A stretch of DNA of 37,237 nucleotides from Eledone cirrhosa (Eukaryota), in contig CAXHJY010001322.1 in the NCBI GenBank assembly GCA_964016885.1, positions 1-37,237 of the forward strand, read 5' to 3'. Positions 9,636 through 22,574 of this stretch are shown here, piece by piece. Within the stretch, counting starts at the first letter, position 1; each line of letters begins with the position of its first letter. The notes below the pieces were generated by a model, which worked only from the letters and a program-made list of their open reading frames with translations, was not told where the DNA came from and made no database searches. The position numbers and the translations under genes were made by a program.

Positions 9636-9755
9636 TTATCCTCAACTTTCCCGCCCACTAAACGCTAAGTCATTATTTTCTTTATAAGTAGTATATTATC
9701 AATTTTATTTCTGTATCTTTCTGGGGATCCGAAATAATTTTATAAATTTTATATA
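9473..9755. repeat. ~125-bp inverted repeat with (TA)n spacer
   Basis: About 9473-9600 is the reverse complement of about 9629-9755, with 1 substitution and 1 indel seen. Confidence 0.92.
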
Positions 9756-9869
9756 ATAATATTAACAGCTAATGGTTGATAAATAGCAGATGACAGCAAT
9801 ATGACAGTTGTTTACTTAAGGGATGCTGGACGAAGTGTTGCAGTATATGAAGTAAAGTTTATGGAATAG

Positions 9870-10200
9870 AATTGCTGACTAATGGCTTGAAATTAGCCAA
9901 CAGTGAGTCCTATTTCTTCTTATCAAAATGGCCGCTCAGTTTCCTTATTGAGTGATACTGTGGACTATTGCAAAATGCGCAGCTCTCATAAAAATAAAGA
10001 GTGTGGAATGAGTATGTTATCGAAGAAGAATGCCTCTTTTGGAATATATTTAGCAACGAACAAAGAGAAGTATCAAATACTTTCGGAGAGGGTTTTTTTA
10101 TATCTTCAAATCTCCAACTGAAGATAGGCCTAGTTGATGTGTGGAACAATATTTTCTCAGTCTGGCGGGACCTCACATATTTAGCAGTGTGCATGCAATT
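9870..10200 (+). pseudogene. Possible highly degraded hAT (Charlie/Buster-like) transposase fragment
   Basis: Frameshifted peptides ELANSESYFF.., WNEYVIEEECLFW..GEGFFISSNLQLKIGLVDV loosely recall the 'FSLxxDE...I.EEFLFC...GEDIF...LV.V.TDG' region. Confidence 0.35.
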
Positions 10201-10368
10201 TAAAACTGAGGACAAGGCGAACTAATTAGGGGCCCCTTTCTGTCACCCCACTACAGAAAATACAATAGCCCTTACGAAACCTCGAGGCTTCAACTTGGCT
10301 TTATGAATAAAACGACTCTACTCAGAACTTAGAGCCTGTTTATTTTGTTATTGTTACATGCCCGTGTT

Positions 10369-10369
<1 letters not shown>

Positions 10370-10429
<60 letters not shown>

Positions 10430-10566
10430 ATATGTATGTGTGTCTGTATGTACGTATGTATGTGTGTCTGAGTGAGTGTATGTTTGTATGCATGTATGCA
10501 TGTGTATGTGTAAATGTATGTGTGTCTGTGTATTTATGTGTGTCTCTGTATGTATATGTATATATA

Positions 10567-10660
<94 letters not shown>
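10370..10660. repeat. (TG)n/(TA)n compound microsatellite
   Basis: Direct reading. Confidence 0.98.
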
Positions 10661-10661
<1 letters not shown>

Positions 10662-13256
10662 GTGAGTGTATTGCTAAAGACAAGGTGAATATATATTGAT
10701 TTAATTGATCACAAGTCATCAGTTCAATGTTGGGAATTTCATTTGAGATAGTCATGTTGTTACCATGACGATAGATACCAGAGTAACGACAACCATAATG
10801 CAAAAGCGAATAAAATACTTATTTTCTTACAAGTAAATATAATGTCCATTATACAAATATAGTTAGTTTGAATGTTTGTATTTTTAGTTGTTTTTTTTTT
10901 TGTTTTGTTTTTTTGAGGGTAAAAGTAAAACTTTATTACACTTCAATATCTGAGAGATAGAAATGTCCATAGAATTTCAAACGAAAAATAGATTCTTCGG
11001 ATATTGGATTACTACCAACATTTATTTGTAACAAATGAGAGTGGGTGCTTAATATTAGATATGGAAATGATAGATTTACAGGCAGTGTGTAATCAATATC
11101 AACGTAAGTGGGCATTTATAGTCATAATAACAGAATCCAAGAATTTCAAAATCTCACAATTCTTCAGGCACGTTAAGAATATTATCTATCTTTTTCAATT
11201 ATGCTTTTCTTATTTTCAGGTTTCATATTCATATTTATATCTCAAATGTGATTCAGTTTCTCTTTTCCTTTAGACTATAACCACTATAGTATTATCATCA
11301 TTTAAAGTTTTAGAGGGCTAAGTTATATTTTCTTTCCTAGATCGAATATTTTATATGAACCACTTTTATATCAATTTTCTAAAGCGTTTAATACATGCTT
11401 GGTTAGCTCTGCAGTAAGAAAATGAAATAAACCATCTCAAGAAAAAATCTTTACAGAGACTGCTATGTAACTTATAAACAGGATTGACTGAATCCAGGTG
11501 TCATTTTGACTCAGCATTGTGCCTAAGGTGGAACGCAAACTCGAACACTAAGATCATTTATTTTCAAGCTCTTTATTTTCTCTATTATATTGCATTTTAT
11601 TTTGGAATGGTCATTGCCTTTTGGTGTATAAAACTTACAGCTCTCTTTTTTATTCAGTAGATCACTATCATTGTGAAAATGCCGAACTACGTGGTATAAA
11701 AACAAATTCATATACTCTACTGCACAATTTCGATTGTCAACACCAAGTACACATTCAATAAAATATTGGAGCTAAACGATATTTAATTTTCTAAGATGTG
11801 AAAATCTAGCTGAGAAGTTAAAAGATAACTTAGACGTTAAAACCATTCGCTCAGATATACAACGCAATATGAAAAACGCAATATGAAAAAGAAAATGTAC
11901 AGTACGAAAATGTAAAACCAAATGTGGTGCTAAACTAATTTGTGAAATCTAGAATATACAAGTTACTATTGGCTTAAATAGTTATGCAATCCTATGTCTA
12001 CGAAAAAAGGACGTTACATATACTGTAGATATGATCAATCAGTAAAATATTGTCAAATCATAAAATATTTAAATATACATTACAAACTGATTTTGAACTA
12101 AAGTTTAATGGGTTGAGCCTATAATAGAGGTGGGAAAAGTTCTAAAGAGCATTTGAATTAGAAGCAAGTTAATCAATGCATGGTATGTGTAAGATAGAAT
12201 TCTACTGAGGCGATGTTAGAAAATATATCCCGTTTTAAATTCCTGTAAATCTTTCGGGCATACTGAAATGACTAAGCTGTATATAATTTGAAAATTGATT
12301 CGGCATTACTTAAATCTTTGTGCTTTAGGTAGTCATTTGTAGGTAGTCATCTGTAAGGAGAGATTATAGTCCTAACTCAGTGGTATTTTTGTAAATTATT
12401 ACTTTTTATATGACAAACAATCGTGTAACCTTTTTAAACACTCAGATACATAATGGTAAGTTATTGATGTGTGTAATGTAACCTTTTACATGAGATAACT
12501 CCAGAAAATAAGAAATGACTCAGAACTTCTACAAATCTGTGCAAATAACATTTGTCGTCGAAAGCTGCATTCCATATAATAATCCCCTATACTAAACAGC
12601 CTAGCGAAGTTTAAATAGTTTTTTTTTTTTCTTGTAATTGATATCTAAATTCAGTCTAAATGTATATATACTAGACACCAGAAGCCAGTACACATAATTT
12701 TATATTGGAATGTGAGACTAGTTTAGGAATAAAATATATTTCTAAATTAAAATTAGACAAAGAATAATAATAGATTGTTTATTCCCTTTGAAATAACAGG
12801 ATTATATAGACCTTTCTAGGTGTACGTTGGGGCTATATATATGTACATTAGGGCTGTATCTCAGTTTCAAGAATTGCCAACCAATGGTTCTTTTTTCTCA
12901 TACATGGATAACACGAACATGACATTTTAATCATGTTAAGGACTTAGATATCTTTCTGCATATGCTACAGTGAAAGAAAAAAGAAATGGCCATGCTCATG
13001 AAAAATACGTGAAAGTAGTTTAGATCAAGTGATGCCTAAGCTTGAAGCTTTTTTAAGTAAAGAAACGCCTTGCACTAGACCAAGCCCAGTCTCTGTACAA
13101 AGGTATCCAAAAAAGGTATTAAAAAAAAAAAGAACAAGTCAACGTCAATGGCAGCCATGTATGTGTTCGTATGCTATACTATTTTCAGGATTCTGAGACG
13201 GTTTTGTAGAAGGTAGCTATCTATCCTGAGTTTGGTCATCTCGCCCGAATGCTTCA

Positions 13257-13508
13257 AATATCATAGAATGGGCTTTTCTAAAGCTAACCATGAACCAAGT
13301 GTAGGTACGAAACCGAGTAACTGATTACATCTAGCTCCCCAAAGCAGGTGTGCAATCTGACTTTGTTTTGACAAGATTGTCAAAACAATCTTGTCAAAAC
13401 AAAGTCAGATTGCACACCTGCTTTGGGGAGCTAGATGTAATCAGTCAGTCGGTTTCGTACCTACACTTGGTTCATGGTTATCTTTAAAAAAGCCCATTCT
13501 ATGATATT
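13257..13508. repeat. 252-bp near-perfect palindrome (124-bp arms, 4-nt loop)
   Basis: Arms 13257-13380 and 13385-13508, loop caaa, 4 mismatches counted. Confidence 0.95.
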
Positions 13509-14569
13509 ATACATATTCGTTCAATATTTATTTATGAATTTTGGGATATCAGTTAGACAGAAACAAGAATAAATGCTTTGCGCTATTTGTTTGTTTTCTT
13601 TTGCCATCTGCGTGATAATTATATGAATTCCACATAAATATTTGGCAATCATATCGATTAAATATACACCTGCCCTCCTAACAAAAATTATAAATGAAAG
13701 ATAAGATACTGATGAGACTTGTCTACAGCGGGATTTCAATTCCTGTTTGAAGCAATTTCTTCTCATTTTACTTTAAAGGCGTAAATATTATAACTTATTC
13801 TACTCCTTCTTTAGGGATAATCAGAACATCTGCCATGTCAGAGAAAACTAACGACTGACTCACAATGTATTGCATTTATTCATGTATGGGTTTATGTTGG
13901 TTGTTTTACTATCAAAGTAATTAATTATATGTTTCATATATTTCGCTTAGACTTTCAATCGTTTTTAGTTTGTTTTGTGTATATTTATATATACATATAT
14001 GTATATATATATATATATATATATGCGTGCGTGCGTGCGTGCGTGCGTGTGTGTGCGTGTCGTGCGTGCGTGAATGGACTAAAACATGTCTTCCAATAAG
14101 CTATTGCGTAGGCGCAAGCGTGAGATGAAATGTTGATTTAAATTACAAAACATGCCGAACGAAGAGAAAGGGTTCAAATGAATTTTATATAAGAATATAT
14201 GCACTTGTTCTAAATCAATTTTCAGCAGAGAAAATATATTTTAATAAGTTACTCTAAAGTGAAAGTAAAGTGCAAACCTGATAACATAAGAATCAGTAGA
14301 GGTATTTATTCTATAAGCCTGCCCGAAACTTTAGACGTAGCTTCTTCCTTGCAACAAACTACGTTCTAGTCAGACAGTAGAATTCGAGAAAACTATTCAT
14401 ATTCTACAGTTATATGCTGTGAGAAAGAAGATAAGTTTAACACTTTACCATTTACATTACTCTATATTTACTATTGTATTTATATGTTCATGGTAAAGAC
14501 TTTACCTCACAAAATTATCTCACATAATATCGAATCTATGAGATTTTGATATTATTTATTTTTAAAACC

Positions 14570-14669
14570 ATACCTTAACATCAGTATGAGCAGCCGGTTA
14601 CAGCCGGTTTGAACAAAAAGTTGAGAGAATTCTGGTCAGATATGGCCGGTTTAAATGTTAAAGGTTTAA
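14570..14669. mobile_element. piggyBac-like non-autonomous element terminus
   Basis: Ends gatatggccggtttaaatgttaaaggt-TTAA, resembling ...AGGG-TTAA termini; the left end is only partly complementary. Confidence 0.4.
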
Positions 14670-14799
14670 TGATTCGAACAGAAACATTTATCGGAGAGAG
14701 ATGAAATGTCAACTGATTCAATTTATTCTTATTTCTGCAATTATCATTTACCGATATTTCGGTAGTGAATTGGCAGTATTTGTAGAGAGTCAGACAAGA

Positions 14800-14982
14800 T
14801 ACTTTGTGGTGTTGAGTTATGGCCATTTACGTTCTGGGTTCAAATCCCGTCGAGGTTAGCTTTGCCTTTCGTCCGTACGAGGTTGATAAAATAAAGTACC
14901 AGTAACGCACTGTGTTCCATTTAATCGGCTTTCCCCTCACCCCAAAAATTGCTGGCCTTGTGCCTAAATCAGAAACCATTAT
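14800..14982 (+). mobile_element. tRNA-derived SINE, long-tail variant
   Basis: gggttcaaatcccgtcgaggttagctttgcc...gataaaataaagtaccagt...attgctggccttgtgcctaaatcagaaac. Confidence 0.88.
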
Positions 14983-15345
14983 TTTCCGATGCCGACCATC
15001 TCTAGTTTCCTTAAATTCTAATGTTTCACAATGATCATATAACTTTTACTATAATAAATCGAAACTTGAGACGAAATTTGAAATTGTGTAACATTCTCTC
15101 CGGAGAATTAACCCGAAACTTTGAAAACATCTAATCATAAATTCTTATATGTACTTTTGAAATATTAACCTTCCCACTGTCAAACTGACATCTTAAGGGC
15201 TGTAATATACAACGTTAGTGCTATAATATTATCTTAGTAATATGGTTGATAACATAATTGATCGGGAACTAATATTTAATATGTTCTAAGTTTACTGTTA
15301 TGTTGTTTAAACTTGTATAATTTGCATTATTTATCTCAGAGATAA

Positions 15346-15800
15346 GGGCGATGGATTAGCAGTATCGAAAGAGAGTCTGACAAACATGCTTCGCAGCACC
15401 AAGTTGCGGCCCTTTACGTTCTAAGTTCAAATCCCGCCGAGGTTAGCTTTGCCTTTCATCCTTGCGAGGTCGATAAAATAAAGCACCAGCACTGGGTCGA
15501 TTTAATCGACCCCCCCCCCCCCCCTTCAAATTGCTGGCCTCGTGCCTAAAGTAGAAATAATTATTTATCTCAGAAATTAAGGCGGTGGATTGGCAGTATC
15601 GATAGAGCGTCCGACAACATGCTTCGCAGCATAGAGTTCCGGCCCTTTGCGTTATGAGTTCAAATCGCGCGGAAGTTAACTTTGTCTTTCATCCTTGAAG
15701 GGTCTATAAAATATAACACCAGTAATACACTGGGGTCGATTTAATCGACATTCCCTTCCCCTTCAAATTGCTAGCCTTGTGCCTAAAGTAGAAACAAGGA
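15346..15800 (+). mobile_element. Head-to-tail dimer of full-length SINEs
   Basis: Each unit has A-box-like (t(a/g)gcagtatcg), B-box (gttcaaatc), core and tail. The spacer attt(a/g)tctcaga.at.aag occurs three times (about 15329, 15563, 15800). Confidence 0.9.
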
Positions 15801-15974
15801 TTTGTCTCAGAGATTAAGAAATAAAAAGAAATATGCTGGGTTCAGTACAAAAGAGAAGTGCAATTTACATGTTTATCAGCTTCGCCTTATAATTGTTTCT
15901 ACTTTTGGCACAAGGCCAAATGAATTCGTGTTATTGGTTTGCTCAAGAAGAAAGGGCTGTGTCCGTGGCCTTCA

Positions 15975-16240
15975 CAGTTCTTTCGAAGCCATTGAGATCA
16001 AGGTAGTTAACATTCTTCTTGAACAGGTGCATGTTGACTGCAGGAAAGCATATGAAGGGATGAAATTCCAAAGAAAGGATTTCTGAGGATGAAAGACTGC
16101 GTAATGGTCAATGTGATCCTGTGGTTGACACACTATGGGTGACAAGAGAAAGTAAGACGTTTGTTTGAGGAGTGTCTGAGTAGAGATGGCACGAAACCAG
16201 CCTGGTTTGATGATTATAGGTCAGTTTACTAGATAGAAAA
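15975..16240 (-). mobile_element. CR1-group LINE ORF2 C-terminal remnant
   Basis: Minus strand, frameshifted: ..CHP*CV..HY..SFILR..LWNFIPSYAF..VNMHLFKKNVNYLDL, fitting the SF..R...LWN.LP...FP...N...FK..VN signature. Confidence 0.65.
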
Positions 16241-16294
16241 TGCTGAGAATATAAATAAGAATATAAGAAAATCACAGCTCTGATTTGCAAAGTC

Positions 16295-16632
16295 TAGAGT
16301 CGGACACCATGTTTTGCAGCATAGAATTGCGGTCCTTTACGGTCTGAGTTCAAATTCCATCGAGGTTAACTTTGCCATTCATCCTTACGGGGGTCGATAA
16401 AATAAAGCACTAGTAACATACTGGGGTCGATTTAAGAGACTTTCCTCTCCCTCCAAATTACTGGAAATTTAGGGAAAGGGCAAAGTTCATTAAATCAACC
16501 TCAGTAGATTATTGGTACGGTTTTTTTTTCCACAGAAAGATGAAATGTAAAGTTGACCTCGGCGGGGTTTGAGCTCAGAATTTAAAGAGCCAGAACACAT
16601 ACTGCAATGGCATTTTATCCGATGCTCTACCT
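16295..16632. mobile_element. Tail-to-tail SINE pair (+ 16295-16465, - 16465-16632)
   Basis: SINE consensus forward, then its reverse complement directly abutting. Confidence 0.85.
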
Positions 16633-17015
16633 ATACTAGAAATCATTATATTACAACCTTATTCACGGGCCTATATAAATCAATACTCATTTCTTTTGAT
16701 TCAGATTTATAAAAGAGAGGTCCAGACTAGTACAGTTTTGATGCCTTTAGTGGTAGAATTCAAGATAAATATATTTAACCAGTAATTGAAACAGATGTTC
16801 AAATTTTCGATTGTTAATTCATAGTGACTGTCGTTCGATAAAATGTCATAAAAATACACTTGACGTGTCGCAATGTTTGAACAATTGTTCATGGATAAAC
16901 TCTTAAAAGTGAGCGTGACATCATGTTGTTTAAGGGAGATAAATCAAAAGATGTTTGTTTATATTTTCAAAATCAAAAGCTGTTTGATTAAGCTCCTACT
17001 TTAGACATTAAAATG

Positions 17016-17085
17016 TCAGCTCAATGGTTAAAGTACCTAGCAGCAAACTGGGATATACGAGGTTCGATTCTTCATAGTGGCCGCT
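17016..17085 (+). mobile_element. tRNA-like head of a different SINE or tRNA pseudogene
   Basis: agctcaatggttaaag (A box) and ggttcgattc (B box) at tRNA-like spacing; no good cloverleaf. Confidence 0.45.
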
Positions 17086-17599
17086 GTCAATATTTTTCCG
17101 TCTCTAAGGGTCTTTACCTGATTTTTGTAAGCTATTTTATAGCAACTGACCTTAATCGTTATATATATATAAAACTTATGTAATATAATTGTGAAAATTA
17201 TCACATTTTTCTTGACATCAAAATGATTAAAAGAAGCTCAGATTTAGCAAGGTTTTATATTTATATTCCACATGAAAACAGAGGAAATCTGTAGTTTATG
17301 ACAAAATGTACCTAAGGATTATGAAACTGAGATTGAATGTAAAGAGATTTTGTTAAAATAAGTGCTGTTGTATTATTTTCATCGTGATGGTGTACTAATT
17401 TTAAATTAAAATAATATTTTGTATTCATATAAAAGATCGGTGAAAAACATCTCAATTCGGAGAAAGGAAAACAGTCTCCAGAATATACGGACATTCCATG
17501 ACAAACAATAATCTACCAAGAAACTCTCAACAAACCTCTATAGATAATATGTAAATCTAATTCATATACTGCAAGAATATGTAAATATATTTCTTCGTA

Positions 17600-17890
17600 C
17601 GTTGTGTCGATGAAATTCTTAGTGAAAGCTATTTCCAATCTCTGGGGGGTTTCCTTTCGTCCCTTTATTTTGGTATGGCTATTTATCCTGTAATCTTCCG
17701 CTTGTCCGTTTTTTCGTCATTTCTCTTCACAATATCTCTATTCTAATTGCTGTTGCTTCCTCCTAACTTAGTATATTCTTATCATCTTCCATTATTCTCC
17801 AAAGAAGGTGTCTACATCCCACAGCACTCTAACACATTTCACTTTTTGCTTTTACTCTCTGCCAAAACTAATCTATTTTGGAATCATTCA
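17600..17890 (-). mobile_element. Degraded RTE-type LINE 3' coding remnant
   Basis: Minus strand ..IVKRNDEK..KITG*..PYQNK..KG.PP recalls the RTE 'GHI.R..D.RW.K.I.EW.P...KR..GRP' motif. Confidence 0.45.
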
Positions 17891-17893
17891 GCA

Positions 17894-18280
17894 AATTTAG
17901 GGAAAGGGCAAAGTTCATTAAATCAACCTCAGTAGATTACTGGTACGTTTTTTTTTCCACAGAAAGATGAAATGTAAATTTAAAGAGCCAGAACACATAC
18001 TGCAATGGCATTTTATCCGATGCTCTACCAATTCTGTAGAAAGCCCACCCCCACTCTACCCTTGGTTTCTAAATTCGGCATAAGGCCAACAGTTTTAGGG
18101 GAAAGGGAAAGTCAACTATATTGATCCCAGTACTTGACAGCTACTTTACTTTAACGACCACAGAAGTATGAAAAGCAGAGATTACATCGGCTGTATTTAA
18201 ACTCAGAAGTTAAAGAGCCGGAGAAAAAATGCTGCTAAATATTTGTCAGAATCTCTAACAAATCTGCCAATCCACCGCTC
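17894..18280 (-). mobile_element. Two SINE copies; the first is a local duplicate of 16465-16631
   Basis: 17894-18029 shares private mutations with 16465-16631 but lacks about 30 bp. About 18062-18280 is a further diverged copy. Confidence 0.82.
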
Positions 18281-18766
18281 TCTGATATTTACATTATTGT
18301 ATCTGAAAAAAAAAGAATATTTGGGGAAACCAATGTATAATACTAAACGATCCTTTGTATATAACAAAACATCAATCTCAATAGAGGCTTGTAATACAAA
18401 GAGAAAACTCAAGGATCTATATGTAAAATCATTTCAACTCAAAACTTCATTTCTTTCAATAAATTTTATTTCATTGGAAAATGTGGCCCTTTTCAAAAAT
18501 AACTTTTAATTAATCCATAACACAATGTATTTTAGATATTTCTTTCGTGTAAGCAAACCCTATTAATAAATTTTGTTATATGTCGGGCCCCTTCAAATAA
18601 TTTTAAGTGAAATCAATAGAATTTCAAGTACCCCTTCAATTGACCCATTCTTTAATTCTATGGATATAAATTGTAAACTATTTATTCAAGACTTTCTCGC
18701 GAACGAGCAAAGACAGTGTTAGGCTTACGTAAGATTATTCTGCTCCTTTTATTACGTCTCACTCTC

Positions 18767-18799
<33 letters not shown>

Positions 18800-18818
18800 A
18801 TATCTATCTATCTATCTA

Positions 18819-18855
<37 letters not shown>

Positions 18856-20083
18856 TTATCTATCTCTATACCATTTTCTCTTTCTGTATTTATCCCTAAC
18901 TTTTCTTTCTCCGTTTGATAACAATATCTTCCATCTATTATGCTATTGCTTCTATCTAAAAAAGAATGAAAAAATAACATAACGTTTGTTGTATGAAAAG
19001 TGCTTCGCTAAATAAGAACGATATCGCTTTTCTCTTCTTCTTTGCTGAAGTTCAGAATGTGAAGAGAATGTGAGTGAATGAGTTAGAAAATGACTGCAAG
19101 CATGTAAGCGAAATTAGTAACCTACACTCAGCACATTTTTAAAATCTATTTTGAGCGTTGACGTACGTACGCCGGCGACATGAACTAAAGAACAACCCAA
19201 TGATAACAGCTGCTTCTTTCGTTATTATTCTTGATAATAAATAAAAGATAAAATCTCCACATGACAATAGATGGACTGTCAACTAGATTTTTCTTTTCCT
19301 ATTTCCTTACATCAATGATACACACAATTCTCACCATTGAACAAAACCTCTGAATAATAGATCCTTGAGCGTTCTCATATCACCTATCAAGATATATTTC
19401 TACACAATATTTTGTTAGGAGTGTCTTGAAACACTCAGCAACCGTTTTAAAACCTACTTTCAAATTCAAATAACAAATGTTCGAAAACGTTAAACCAAGT
19501 ACTGTACGCAAATTATATACTTCATTCCACGTATTTTTTTCAATATTTGTACTTTTTATTACCTATTACTTTTCTTTGATTTGTGTGTGTTTTCATTTTT
19601 TTTTTTACTTATGTTTTATCTATCGCCATGTGGAAAGTGTAAGAAAATCTGATTAAAAAAAAAAGAAATAGAACTTCACTTATATAATGTCGTAACGTCG
19701 TCGTTGTTCTTGTTGTTCTTGTTGTGGTTCTTGCTGTTGTTGTTGTTCTTGTTCTACTTCTTGTTTCTTGTTCATGTCAGCTCCATGTAAACCATCATCG
19801 ACCATAATCAAAACGGATTCGTTCATGAACATACTGTATGTTTCTTCATTTGGCATCGTTTATCTAAGACTATTTTATCCAATGTGTTCTAGGTGTGTCT
19901 TAAGACACAATCAGGTGTAATTTTCGAGATATTTGACGGCTATTTCTAGCAGGTCTGGTATTCATACAGAGAGATCCTCCATTTCGTCTCCATCATATTA
20001 TAGGATGTACGATGTACTATATATCATGACTTAAAACTAGTTTAAGACACCAATTTAACTCAGATAACATTCCTATTTATGCA

Positions 20084-20161
<78 letters not shown>

Positions 20162-20294
20162 TATTTAGATGTGTGCTTATAAACAAATATGTGTGTGTAT
20201 GCGTGGCTCTGTGTGTTTGTCTATTTAGACGTGTGCTTATAAACAAAGATGTGTGTGCGTATTGTGTGTGTGTATATACATGTGCGTGTGTTTG

Positions 20295-20385
<91 letters not shown>
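20084..20385. repeat. (GT)n, 60-bp duplication and (GA)n microsatellites
   Basis: ctatttaga.gtgtgcttataaacaaa.atgtgtg at 20161 and 20221. Confidence 0.95.
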
Positions 20386-20390
<5 letters not shown>

Positions 20391-20615
20391 ACGTTATTCT
20401 TCAGTAATATAAACCTTAGTCTTCATTAAAGACTCAGTCTAGGTATATGAGATTATTTGACTGCGCGGAAATATACGACCGCGTAGAACTCTATATACCG
20501 GGTAATTTAAAGTATAATGAGTACCAACGTTATTTTCCAATTCAAGAAAGTGTTTAAATATAGGTTTGAAAGCTAGATCCTGTCAACAAATCCTCATACG
20601 GTTTAAATGACTAAA

Positions 20616-20790
20616 TGTCAGCAGAAGGGAACCCAGGATCCATGACCTGGATGCGGCCCGGTCCCCTTATGTAAGAATGTAAGAAGTTAAGGACCGAAAC
20701 ACTAGCTTGAGGGAGGGGGGAAGGAGGGGGGGGGGGGGTTCTCTGAAGACCTTCTGCTCCCCAGCTCTCCTGAGTTTCTTACCACTGACA
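20616..20790. mobile_element. Possible MITE with degenerate TIRs and internal poly-G tract
   Basis: tgtcagcagaagggaacccagga versus the reverse complement of tcctgagtttcttaccactgaca, 17/23 match. G-runs at 20711-20738. Confidence 0.35.
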
Positions 20791-21309
20791 CCACTTACTA
20801 ACATTTCGTTATACTGAGATGACGGTTTAATGTTCTAACTCCATAAAGACGGCCACACACTAGACAACTTTATAGTTTAAAATTACTGTAGATAAATGTG
20901 TAAACTTCTTAGACATTACACAGAATGTAACATCTAATTTATATAAGCCATTTCATAAACCTTACGAGAAATTAAAATATATTAATAGGTTCTGTACTGA
21001 GTTGTGTTTATGTCATAAAAGCCATTCGATAAAAAGACATTAAAAAAATAAGTAGCAATTTCATATAAGCACTGGGACTCAGATCTTCTTCTTCTTCTCC
21101 TCATCATCATCAACATCATTATCATCCCCGTCATTCTCCTCCTCCTGCTGCGCCCACATGTTCTTAGAAGGGTTGTGCTTGCAGAGTCCTCATATTAGGC
21201 TTCCAGAAGCAACCGTCTTTAATTAATCCAGCTGGAGCCAAGATAATCGACTGAATCCTTTCATGGCGGTGCCCCAGCATTGTCGTAGCCCAGTAATTAA
21301 ATTCACGTA

Positions 21310-21522
21310 TTTATATATGCATGTATGTATGTACGTATATATGTATGTATGTGTGTGTGTGTATGTACGTATATATGTATGTATGTGTGTGTGTGTATGT
21401 ACGTATATATGTATGTATGTGTGTGTGTGTATGTACGTATATATGTATGTACGTTTACATGCATGTGTGTATGTATGTATGTATGTGTGTATGTACGTAT
21501 ATATGAATGTATGTATGTATGT
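21310..21522. repeat. ~32-34 bp minisatellite built from TATG/TG units
   Basis: gtatgtacgtatatatgtatgtatgtgtgtgt repeated. Confidence 0.9.
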
Positions 21523-21529
21523 AAGTTAA

Positions 21530-21954
21530 AGATTACGAGCATGAGGTAAACAAAAATGTTGCCTTTCAGTGAAAAGTTAACAAAAAGTTGTAGTTCCTGT
21601 CTGTTTGTTTGTTTGTTTGTTCACGAACTCCTCCTATGGTTTTGGAGATAGACCCCTATAACCATATATATTCTGAAACTACATTGCCCAGGGTACTTGG
21701 ATAAGTATATTTCATTTTAATCAAAGGGTTCTCCGGGGGCACAAACCCCCGCTGAAAATGTTTACGTTTTGATTTATATGAAATTTAAACCATAGGTAAA
21801 TGACAAGATATGATGCCTATTCAGCAAATTTCAATAATATTAAGACACCCTAATGGAGTTTTTCTCCATAAATTATATCATTGATTTAAAATCAATCATC
21901 ATTTTCTTACAAAAAAAGTGTGAAACGCAGCAATGCGCGGGTAATTCGGGTAGT
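21530..21954 (+). mobile_element. Non-autonomous Helitron-like element
   Basis: (TGTT)n followed by 'cacgaactcctcc' near the 5' end; subterminal GC hairpin cgcagcaatgcgcggg and terminal (g)TAG-T close to CTAG|T. Confidence 0.5.
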
Positions 21955-22574
21955 ATATATATACACACAGGGGGGGGAAAGAAAAACAGATAGACGGATA
22001 GACAAATAGAAATAAACAGACAGGCACACATAGATAGAGAGAGAGGGGGAGTGAGAGAAATGCATTAAGAGCTTGTTTGTATTCAGAGATATTGTATTTA
22101 GAGATATCAATAGATTTTCTTCAGTAATTATTTTGAAATTCACATTTCGCAAAATCGGGATCGCCACTCAAACTGTAATTACCAAAGTTGTATGAAGACA
22201 CATCTGGTACTTTCTGAACATTTAAGAATTCAATGAGATAATTAATACATTTTTATTGCTGTATTTTCTATATGTAATTTATTTTATATAAGTTACATTT
22301 GTTATTGCAGAGCCATGCTGGTTTACACTACTAGTAACTGAATACTTTATTCTTAATAGGAAAAAAAATTAACTATATCGCTTTTGTTTGAGTGAAATGA
22401 ATAAAATTGTTATTACATTTAAAATTATTTGATGTAACAGTAGAGAATGACTGGAGAAATAGACAAGGAAGACTGCAGCATGCAAAGCAATTAGTAAAGT
22501 GGGTGCTAATATACTTAATGTAGTGAACTACAAAATGCTAATTAATTCAAATTACACCTATCATTATCTTAACG

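Noticed and set aside
13709-13740. CTGATGA as a hammerhead core
   Set aside because: No GAAA, stem III or stem I follows. The same applies to CTGANGA hits near 4237, 10118, 10717, 11161, 20743, 26122 and 35503.
20711-20738. G-quadruplex as a functional element
   Set aside because: Poly-G run inside a probable repeat; homopolymer length is unreliable and there is no functional context.
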